Shown here: positions 1 to 10,500 of the stretch, one piece after another
How the letters are laid out: every line of letters starts with the position of its first letter
Numbering within the stretch: position 1 is the stretch's first letter
Source of the DNA: Camelus ferus
Taxonomy: Eukaryota
Assembly: GCF_009834535.1 (NCBI RefSeq)
Contig: NC_045715.1
Span: forward strand, 29,016,001-29,080,000
Direction of reading: 5' to 3'
Length of the DNA stretch: 64,000 nt
Notes under the pieces: model-generated
Database searches by the model: none
What the model was told of the DNA's origin: nothing
The model's input: only the letters and a program-made list of their open reading frames with translations
Translations under genes and position numbers: made by a program

Positions 1-1822
1 AGAAGCCCATCATCCCCTTCCCCATTGTACTCTACCTGCCAGCTACCGCACTCCGGGCTCCCAAGTCCTGCTCCCTTGGAGTCCACAGAGTTGGTAGGGA
101 GGGCAGTCAGTCTCGGAGATATAGAGAAACCAGAGTAAGCTGGACAGGTGTCCGTAATGGGCGGGAGGATAGCCAGATCGTGTTGTGCTACGTAGGGTGG
201 TGGGACACAGGCACCATTGTGAGGTCCCCCCTTCCTGTCCAGTCTCCTGCCCTCAGGGCTCAGGGTGTCTTGTGTTTACTCCCAGCTCCCCTTACCAGTG
301 GATTCTCAGAAGTCTCAAGGCCCCAGTGACTTCCCGGGTGAATTTACCCACCTTCCCCAACCCTGGTCGTTCAAAGATGAAGGCTGGAGACAAAAGACTC
401 GAATTCTGAGAATTCCAGCTTCATCTACAAGCATGTTTGTGGTGGGGGAAGGTCCTTGACCTTTGAATTATGGCCTCTCCGTGTTCTAAAGCTGACCCCC
501 AGTATGTCACAAACTTTTCCTTGCTAGGGAGATAAACCACACCCATGTGGAGCAAGGAGAGTCTGTGGCAGGAGGCCTGAGCTCTGGGAGGGAAGCAGCC
601 AGAGTGAGGAGGAGCAATCCTGGGAGGCTTCATGGAGGAGGCAGACACTCAACTCAACTTGGGGAATGTCTCTCTGTACGGCTGAAAGGTCTCAGGAGGT
701 CGAGCATCCTGGAGCTCATTCCCAGCCTTCCCTCCTCCCTTTGTTTGTGATGTCTTGTTAACATGTGTATTGATGATAATACTAACACTTTCCTTCCAAG
801 TTGTTTTATATTCATGATCTTTATCCTTCACAGCAATTTTACTGTGCTGGTGTTATTAACCCCATTACATTTATAGGACAATTTAGACTCAGGAAATCAA
901 ATGGATGAGTCAGGAGTCAAACCAACTCTGTCTGAGGCCACGTCCCAGGCTTGGTCCACTGTGTCATATAGCAAAATCTTAGTCATTCTTCCAGATGGGG
1001 TGGTCTGTGGGATCTGGAGTCATAGAGATCTCAGTTCAAATCCTGAGTGGGCTACTTACCATCCACCTGCTTCTAGGTCAGTTATTTGACCTTCAAGAAA
1101 TCTTTTGTGAGCATCCCCGATCTCTAAGTCCCCATAAGGCCCTCTGGCATCCTTCTCTGCACCCTGGGGCATTTCTTTAGCCTGCCTGCACTTAACTCAT
1201 TGTGCAAATTTGTTGGTAGGTTTTAACCTTTGAGATTCTATTTATATGAAAAGATATCCAACTGTTCAAAAATAACGTTTATATATTAAATGAGTCATCT
1301 TTCCCAAAAAGAATAAGTGTGGAAAATCAGGACTATTCTGGAAAAGGTAGGACAAATGTTTATAGTCCTCACATGACTTACTTTTATTTTTTAATTTTAA
1401 AATAATACAGACATACACTTTAAATGGATGAACTGTACGGTACATGAATTATATCTAAACAAAGTTATTAAAAAATAATACAGACTTACAGAAAAGAACC
1501 AAGAATAACACAAAAAACACTCATGCACATTCCATTCAGATTAACAAATGGTTAAAATTTTGCCATATTTGAATCAGATTTTTTTTAAAGAAACAAAAAT
1601 CACAGATACATTTGAGGCCCCTTTTGATCTCATTACAGATCCTATTTTCTTCCCTTCCTCCCCAGAGGTAACCACTCTCCTGAGGCTGGCACAACAAGGT
1701 ACTGTAAGTATTTGTTTGCATCTGCTGTCCCTCTCATGGGACTGAGATCACTGAGAGCGGGGACAATATTTTACTTAATGTTGTATCCCCAACGCCTGGC
1801 ACAGAAAGGGTCAGATAAGACA

Positions 1823-2041
1823 GATGGGTGATGGATGGATGGAAGGACAGATGGATGGATGAATAGAAGGAAGTGTGGATAGATGGATGGGTGGATGAAG
1901 ATATAGATGGAAAGGAGAGAGAATAGATGTAGGGAAGATGGACGATGGAAGAAAAGATGGATGAATGAAAGGGTGGAGGGAATGAAGATGGTTAGATGGA
2001 TAAATGCAAGGAGAGAGGGATGGATGAGTGGGTGGAAGGAT
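1823..2041. repeat. Degenerate (GGAT/GGAA)n simple repeat in PTCRA intron 1
   Basis: gatggatggatggaagg..gatggatgaatgaa. Confidence 0.85.
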
Positions 2042-2117
2042 AGACTGCTACTGTGAGATGCTGGCTTGGAGGGCATGGACAGATCCAGCCCCACCACAAG
2101 TGTGTGCTCTCCTGTAG

Positions 2118-2438
2118 GTGCGGGCAGCACACCCTTCCCCTCTCTGGCCCCACCAATCACACTTTTGGTGGATGGAAAGCAGCAGACGCTGGTGGTCTGC
2201 TTGGTCCTTGACGTTGCACCTCCTGGCCTCGAGAGTCCCATCTGGTTCTCAGCTGGCAACGGCAGCTCACTGGATGCGTTCACCTATGGTCCTTCCCCAG
2301 CGGCGGATGGCACCTGGACTAGCTTGGCTCAGCTCTCCCTACCCTCTGAAGAGCTGGCAGCCTGGGAGACCCTGGTCTGCCATACCGGGCCTGAGGCTGG
2401 AGAACAGAGCCAGAGCACACAGCCCCTACAGCTGTCAG
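2118..2438 (+). CDS. PTCRA: PTCRA exon 2 (Ig-like domain)
   Basis: cctgtag acceptor, TCAG|gtgggg donor, 321 nt. Confidence 0.96.
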
Positions 2439-4257
2439 GTGGGGACAGAGCCTGCACCTCTGAGGCTGCTCCCTGCCCCTGGAACCAGGGTATGGTGGGA
2501 GGGAGGACAGACTCCAGACCATGGGGCATGAAGGGCATCCAAGTGCCAACCATCTAGGCTCAGAGCAGGGTGATCTCAGGGCCCTGAATCCTGGGATTTG
2601 CAACTGTGGTATCTCATTCAAATCCAGGCTCTGATACATGACTTCTAAGAGGTAATAATGTCTCCTCCCTCCTAGGGTTAATCTCTCTATATATATACCT
2701 GGGGTTACTGTCTGTATGTAAATTACCCTTAATATGACACCCTACTCACCGGAACCAGACAATAATTAAACAGTAAATTGCTATCACTCACTGTTTACTC
2801 TGTGCCGGGCATGGCAAGTAAACACTTCACATTTATGAAGTGGGTCCTATTACTCCCATTGCACAGGCACAGAGAGGTAGTCCAAAGCCAGCCGTTATTA
2901 TTACTGACCAGAAGGCTTACATCCTCTTTTTGGATTATGTTAGTTTTGTCATCTTCCAGATGGAAATGTTTGTTGAATAAATGCCCCACCTTCTAAAGAA
3001 GGCTGCTAAGAAAATTGATTCATTGTCTAAAAGAGCTGAGGCATCTCAGCCTCCCAGGGGAACAGAACAGGGGACAGTCTGGAGGGAGGGAGATCTGGGC
3101 CCCTCAGAGGACTTGCTGCAGATGGACTCAGAGTGTCCATTGCTGGTTCCTTTGTCCATTTATCCAACATGCCATGAGCAGCTGCCCTGAGCAGGGCTGG
3201 GGCATAGCACTGGGGTGGAGGACACAGCCCATCCCATTGACTCACTCCCTTCTCTTTGCCTGGCAGGAGAGGCTTCCTCAACCAGGACCTGCCTCTGGGA
3301 GCCTCTCCGAGGTGAGTACTGTGGGCCAGGATCTCAGGCTCTGTTGGGCTCTGGCTTGATGGTCCCCTTGGGGATTAATGGGTGTTCCCTGAAGAGGCTG
3401 CCTTGCTAGGCTAGGGCACTGGCTAGCCTGGGCCTCTGCCAACCCGCAGGTCAGATGGGGATTAAATCCCCTGATCCCGGCCTAATTTCTGGACACCAGT
3501 TGAGAAAAGCACGTGAGAGTTAGCAGAAGGGTCCTTGAAGCTCTCCGTGGGCAGCCCAGAGGGATGGTCTCAGCATCAGAGCCTTGGGAGATTCTTGGGA
3601 GTCCAGGGAGACTTGGGAGACTGCGTGGTGGCAAGTCCAACCATCTGCTGGACACAGAGTCATGACCCAGGTTCTGCTTCCCAACCAGAGAAATTTGAGC
3701 TGATGACTCTCCTCCTTATGGGATGCTAACTCCTGCCTGACCTTCAATCCCCTTGGTTGTTGAGGAATAAAAGAAAATGAAGGCTAGGAAGGTGTTTATT
3801 ATTCCCAGACAGAGCTGAGGTTAGACGCCAGGAAGGACGTTCCCTGATTACCTTTTGTCTGGTGAACATTCTCCCGCGGGGCGGGTGGAAGGCTGAACAG
3901 CGGCCTGCGGGGCCGCTCACCCGCGCCTTCTCTCCCGCAGGGACGCGGGGCCAGGCGCTGCGGCTGGGGGCGCTGCGGCTGCTGCTCTTCAAGATGCTGC
4001 TGCTGGATGTGCTCCTGACCTGCAGCCGCCTCCGCGCGCTGCCCGCCGCGCGGGGAAACCCGGCCGGGCCGTCCTGCCCGAGGGACCCCAGGCTCCCCGT
4101 GCCTCTCGCGGCCCCGCGGGCCGATCGCCTTCTCTTCCCGAAGCCTTCGCCGGTAGGATCGCCCGCAGCCCCCACCGACAGGCTTCGCCGCAGTGATGGG
4201 GGGACCACAGGGCTCAGCCTGTCCGCCCCGCCGGCGCTTCAGCCCCGCAACAGCTGA
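2118..4257 (+). CDS. PTCRA: Pre-T-cell receptor alpha, 5'-partial (exons 2118-2438, 3267-3311, 3941-4257; signal-peptide exon 1 outside window)
   Basis: Ig-like exon GAGSTPFPSLAPPITLLVDGKQQ..VCLV..SPIWFSAGNGS..LVCHT; connecting peptide EASSTRTCLWEPLR with the interchain Cys; TM segment LRLLLFKMLLLDVLLTC with the charged R/K/D residues; GT-AG sites all phase 1. Confidence 0.96.
3267..3311 (+). CDS. PTCRA: PTCRA exon 3 (connecting peptide)
   Basis: tggcag acceptor, gtgagt donor, 45 nt, GEASSTRTCLWEPLRG. Confidence 0.95.
3941..4257 (+). CDS. PTCRA: PTCRA exon 4 (TM plus ~77-aa Pro-rich tail)
   Basis: tctcccgcag acceptor; TGA at 4255-4257. Confidence 0.9.
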
Positions 4258-4559
4258 GGGGTTCACACCCGCCGTCCGGGTCGGGATCCCAGGAGCCTGG
4301 TCTGGGAAGATCGGGCCGCTCATGCTCAGGGCCGGGTGCTCCAGACCCGCCCTCAGTATTCCTGCCTCAAGCCTTGGAGCATTTCTCTGTGATCTGCCTC
4401 CCCCAGCTGACAGGAGCATCCTGGGGGCTAGGGTCGGTCTCCCCCATCAAACTGAGGGCTAAGAGAAATGGCTTTGTCTCTCCTATCAGACTGGAAGCCC
4501 CTTGAGGGTGGTGATCGACCCAGGCACTGGGACATCTGAGGTGCAGATATCTGGGAACA

Positions 4560-4565
4560 ATTAAA
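4560..4565 (+). promoter_or_regulatory. Candidate PTCRA poly(A) signal ATTAAA
   Basis: ATTAAA hexamer ~300 nt after the stop codon. Confidence 0.5.
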
Positions 4566-6759
4566 GGAGAACTTATATGACACAGGCAAATGAAAAATAT
4601 TTTAATTCATGTCTACTATAGGAGGAGGGAACTGGGTAGATTTAGAGGAGGCAGAAATCTTGGAAGACTTCCTGAGGGTAAGAGCCTGGGAATTGCAGAG
4701 TGGGGCCAGGGGTTGGGGAGGATGCTGTCCCACCTCTGTCTCCTTTCCCCATCACCAGGCATGAGGCAAGGCCCTCTATATTCATCTCCTCACCCTGGCC
4801 CAATCTCTCTTGAGAGTTGAGGGCAAGGAGCCCAGGAACCCAGGAAGATAGGGTGTTGGGCCTTATGTGAAATCTTGTACAGACTTGATGGAAAAGAGCA
4901 GGGCCAGGATCCCAGGGTGACGAGATCATATCCAATGCCAAGATCACAGGTCATAATTCCAAACTTACATGTTATTAATCAACAAAGGGTCACTATTCAC
5001 TTGACAAATATTCAGTGAGAGTCAGCTCTGAGCCAGGCAGGCACTAAAGAGGGTTTTGTTTTATTTCCTGAAGAGAGTTCTTGCACTGATAGAATGTGAA
5101 GCTCCCACACTGGAGTGTAACCTGTGTGTCCCCTGTTTACCCAGTGCTGGCAGGAAATCCAGCCTTTCCCAGGGTTTTCCCTCCAATAATCACCCCAAGA
5201 ATCTCTGGGTGCTTTCATGTGACTCCAGATGTCCTCTGGGCAGCATAGGACAGTTTCCTGGATCAATGGCCCTTCTTTAGTCTTCCTTCCCCTAGAGTGG
5301 CAGTGGGGAATTATGCTCCAACACCCCCACACACACATGGCATCAATGACACTCCCAGCTTCCCTGAGCCTGTGTCCTCGAAGCTGCTGTTCAAGGAAAA
5401 CCCTCACCTTCCCCTCCACTGTCCATCTCTCCCCAGCCTGGAAGGAGATTCTCCCACCTCTTTTTTGGATTCTTGAAGGAGGGAGAGGTTAGAACTTCTG
5501 GAATGAATCTGTCCACCATCCCCCTAACACACAGACTGAGGAAGGGGTAGGCTGGGTGGCAGCGGGGGTGTATCCAGCCATAACCTCAGACTTTCTCCAG
5601 CTGCTCTTCCTTCCCAGGTCTCAGCCCAGATACTGAGGCCAGAGCATATGCCAAACTAATCTGTGTCTCAGTAAATGCCCTCAGAGACCCATTTGTTTAT
5701 TCTGGAAGCAGACTCCCCTGAGCTTCAGTGCTCTTTCCTCTCTCGCCCTCATTTCCCCAATTCTGCCCTGCCCCAGACTCTGAATCCCAACTGAGCTGGC
5801 TTAACATTATTTCCCAGGAGGACTCTCTGGCCCTGGAAATCAAGTGCTATGGTCAGACTCTGAGCCTCTCTGAGTCTTACGAAGCCTGCAGAACATGGAG
5901 GCCCTCAGGAGGTGTCCTCATCCTGGTATATACACTGTGGAACTCTACATACCACGGCTCCTGCTTATCCAAAGTGCCTTGTCACTCACACGATTGTTTT
6001 GAGCAAGCAGCTAGACCAGGAAATGACAAGTCGATGCACTGAGCATCAGTCTTTTAAGTCTTTATAAAATAGCATAAATATCTAACCTCTGGGAAGGAAA
6101 CATAGGCACTAGAGAAACAGGGGTTTATGGACAAAAATGGAATTTGCATACAACTTCCCAGAGAAGCAGCCTTGGTCTGCGTGTGTCCGTAGGACACTGA
6201 GCTCAGGGGTAGCCTGAAGCAGCCCAAAGACCCAGAGTCCTCCTCTTGAGGACACAGTGGGGTGGGGGGGTTATTCATTGAGCCAGGCTCCGAGTTGTTG
6301 CCAGGGAGAAGGAAGGAAAGCCAAGTCCCTGCCTTCTGGGACCTCAAAATCTAAAGACATAAATAATAGGGCAGAAAAGGGGATGAGGTCACACGCTAAA
6401 AAAAAAAAAAAATTAACCAGTGAACTTTTTACAATCTGCCCAATAAGCTTTAGTTCCATTAACCTATTTGAGTTTCCCAGGAATAGGCAAGCCTTGAACA
6501 GCAGCTAGGAGGATCACTTTTGTCATCAGACGAAAACTGAGGTTCGGAGAGGAAGTGATTCGTTCTAGTTCTCACCGGGGCAAGTCTAGGGTTACTGGGC
6601 ATAATAATAAAGCTGCCTGAGGGCTGGGGACCGTTTGAGTTCCGGTCTCATTCACAGCGCTTACTAGAGTGACTGGACATTACAACAATAAAAACAATCA
6701 TTATAGTAGTAAATTTTTAAAACAAGTGCTCATTCAGTAAGAGTTTGCTGTATTATGAC

Positions 6760-7540
6760 CCGAGAGGGGGAAGTGACGTGGGAGGAGGCGGAGAAGGTAT
6801 GTGTCGGCCTTTCCCACGTCTTCCAGGACCAGAGCGCTGCTTCCTCTCTCCTGGTCCTGGTCTCTTCTAGCCCCTCCCAGAGCCTCCGTTAGGGGTGGGA
6901 AAAGATGTGCCATAGGTCACTGAGGACACCATCCGATCTCTCACTGGCCGAGGCCGAAAAAAAGATAGTTTTCCCATTCGCTAGCGGGCAAACCCCCAAA
7001 AGCCCATTGGCTGCGTCGTCCGCGGGCCTCCGTCGGCTCTGGGGGCGGGCCGAGGCGGCCGGAGGAGGGAGCGCGCCGGGGGCTCGCGGTTGCCCCGGTT
7101 ACGCCCAGGCACGTGTGCAGTCCCGGGAGCGGCTCCGGGAAGCTGCCCAGCGCGCGCAGCCGGAGGAAGCGCAGCCCGGTCCGCTGGGGTCGGGCCCGGC
7201 TGGGCCATGGAGCCGTTACCTGAGCCCGTGTCCCTGCCCCAGCCCGTGCCCCGCTGTTTTCTGCTTTTTCCCCTGTTATTACTGCTGCTGCTGCTACTGC
7301 CGGCCCCAGAGCTGGGCCCGAGGCAGGCCCGAGCAGATGAGACCGACTGGGTTCGGCTGCCCAGCAAATGCGAAGGTGAGGGGGCGGGGCCCACGAGGAG
7401 TATGCTGCTGGGGGGCGGGGCTTGCGGAGAATAGGGGTGCAAGGTCCTGGGCTCTGGAAAGAGTCTCCGCTCCTCGAACCTTCTGTGTGCCTGGCGCTGT
7501 TCTGGACGCTGGGGACGGGGCGGGCGAGAGATCAGGTCTC
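6760..7540 (+). promoter_or_regulatory. CNPY3 CpG-island promoter
   Basis: CpG-dense around exon 1; GGAAGTGACGT at 6769; GC boxes. Confidence 0.8.
7207..7375 (+). CDS. CNPY3: CNPY3 exon 1
   Basis: gccATGg Kozak; GAAG|gtgagg donor. Confidence 0.96.
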
Positions 7541-10500
7541 GTTGCACCTGGAGCTCAGAAATCGGTGGAAACAACCAATTATAATCGGGGTAGTAGATGC
7601 CGTGATAGAGGAGGTACAGGGCTTTGGGGGCTGGGTAAGGAGCATTTAATCTAGCCTAGGGCTGGGGAAAAGGCTTCGTCCAGGAAGCGCAAAGAGTGAT
7701 TAGGAGTTAGACGGGTGAAGAAAAGTGAAAAGAGAGGGCCCCACCCAGGAAGCCACAGATGCAGAGGCCTACAAGCAAAGGATAAGTTTGAGGAACTGAA
7801 AAGAGCCATGTGGCTGGTCTTGGGGGAAGAAGAGCTTGAGACTCTCCCCTTGTGCCCTCACCCAACCTATTTTGTGTAATTAGAGTCTCCCCCGCTGGCT
7901 GTGGGCCCCTTGAGGGCAGGGACCTTGGCTCGGATATTTATTCACACTGTGCTTGGTAGGCACCCAATGAATATACTTGGAATAAGTATGAATAAACGGG
8001 GGCGCGGGGCGCTGTGGGTGTGGGTGGAGGAAGGAGGAGGGTCCGAGACCCATCATTTTGGGGGAAGAATGGAACCTGGGGGAGCTTGGTGAGGGAGGAA
8101 GATTTTAGGAATGTGGGACAAGAGTGAATCCCAAAGACATGGGGTGGAGATGTGGAACTTCAGAGAGAGAAGAGAGCACCAGCACACAAAGCGGCCATCC
8201 AGGACTGCCGACGGCCTCCCTTTTTTTCCCTCCCCTCCATTTCTTGGTTTCCTCCTCAGACCTTTACAGCCTCTTCTTCCTTCTCACCTCCCTAACCCCA
8301 GCCTCCCACCCCTGAAAGTTGGCTATAAATCTATTGCATCCAAATTCGAAGCCTACGGCTGGCCAGATGTTCCCTAAGCTGTGGGAAGTGGGGGTGGCCC
8401 AGGATGCATAATCCTTTCATCTGAGAGATTAGAGGTGAGATACTTCCGAGAGGAGCTGACTTCACTGGTGGGCCTTCCGATATGGGTTCTAGCCTGTACT
8501 TTACCCCACTCCCTTGAATAGACAGTCAGAGGGTTTGGATGCCTTCCTGTCACTCTTCCTCTAGTCATAACCAATAGCCTTTGAGGGTTTCACTTCCCCT
8601 TCTCATTTTCTATCGTATTCTGATACCACAGAGCCCTTACTGTTTCTCTTATTATTCTCATAGCCTAAGAAACTCACATTTCTTTTCCTTAAGAGACTCA
8701 AAGAAGCATAGAGCTGTCAAAGATCTTGAGATCATTCTAGTCTGACCTGATGTTGCAGGTAACTGATAAAGAATAATTTAAAAGGGACTTTCAGTCGCAG
8801 GATGGCTTGGCAAACTCCAGCCCTTAAGTTCCTCTTAGTAGTGTATTTACATTTATTTATCACTGTTATAACTTTATTATTAATGCTGACTGGCCCACAA
8901 AGTCTGCCTCCTGGCTCAGTAGTCTGAGTGGAACAGGCTTTGGCCCCGAGGGAGGAGAACCTGCCCAGAAAAAAGCAGGTAGATGTCCATGAGGATCTGA
9001 GGTCTGTGCTACGGATCTCCTCCAAGTCTGGTTCTGGGTGGAATCCCCAGAGGGGGCTTGACAAGGTAAGGTTTGGAAGAGTTGGGAAGCGAGGTTATGG
9101 TTGATGGGTTCCAGCCCTGTAGGGCCTAGAACACTGTGGGAGAGGAGGGCGTGGGAGAGGAGGGCACGGGAGCCAGAGAAATGATGAGCTTGCACAGAGG
9201 GCAGGATAGAGGAGGGGAGGGAGCCCAGATGGTCCTGGATGGAGAGCCAGGGAGGTGAGACACCCTCAGTTCACTGCAGACTCTGAGATCACTGGCTTAT
9301 ATCTTGGAATTTTCATGTGTTCCAAGTTCTCCAAGCCACGTATTAATGGGTATGTTTTAAAGTTCCACCAAGCAAGCCTGCAGGGGATTGATTTGTTTTG
9401 GTGGTAAGTTGGTTTTCTACCTAACTCTGCTGTTGGTGTTATAAAAACGCTGATGGCATTTAGGCTGCAGACCATATTTCATTGGGAGACATCAGAAGCT
9501 GCCTTGACCACACATTTTCTCTGAGCAATGTTTATCAAGTACCCAACACACAAAGTCCCAGACTAGAGGAATAAAGAAAAAATCCAGTACATAATCCTAA
9601 TACTGAGCACCCTTGTGGTCTAATTGGAGAGACACATGAGATGACCACGGCCCTTAGTGAGAGCATAGATCCTGCAGAGTCCCAGAATGAAATCAAGAGC
9701 AGGTGGGATTCATCCAGAAGCGCTTCCTGGGGGAGGAGGCTTTGAGGGTGAGGTTGGGAGAATGGGCAGACAAGCCCCAAAGCCCCTAGAGGGCATCAAG
9801 CACTTTCCTAAGGCCTCGGGCACTTCACACTTCCAGTGCTAACGCTCCTTATGCAATGGTAATTATTTGTTTAACTACTTTCCGCTCCTTTGGACCGAGT
9901 ATCTGGAAGGGAGGGACCTTGTTTTCATCTCTGTATCCCCAGGCAGTGCCTGACACATAGGAGTTGCTTAATAACTGTTTGAGGAAGAGTAAGTGGAAAT
10001 GAGAAAATGAATGTACAAAAAACAGAAGAAACAGGCCTCTGGGGGAGGAGGGAGCAAATTAACTTGGTAGGAATAGAGAGCTGGTGTTGGAACAACATGT
10101 GAAAAAAAGTAATAAAATAGCCGTAAAAGACATTTGGGGGACAACTGGAGAGAAGTTTGAGTGTGGACTGAGCATTAGATGATACTGGAATTATTGCTAA
10201 TTTTCCGAGGATTGTAATTGTTTTATGGCTAGGGAGGAGAAGGTCCTTGTTCTCAGGAGACGGGTGATGACTTATTTAGGAGTGAAGATCATGATGTCCG
10301 CAACTTACTTTCAAAATGGTTTAGCAAAAACAACGTGTGTATTGTTGAGATCTATTATTATCACATTGTTTCATATTATACATTGGAGGGAGAGTGTGGT
10401 AAATCATTAATGAGTGGAAGGTATATAGTTATTCATTGTACTCCTTCAGCTTCTCTATATGTTTGAAATTTTGAAAGTACAATAAACGATTGAAATGAAG

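Noticed and set aside
6905-7654. 249-aa + strand ORF and 197-aa - strand ORF over CNPY3 exon 1
   Set aside because: Low-complexity Arg/Pro/Gly/Ala translations of a GC-rich CpG island, out of frame with or antisense to the real exon; no recognisable domain.
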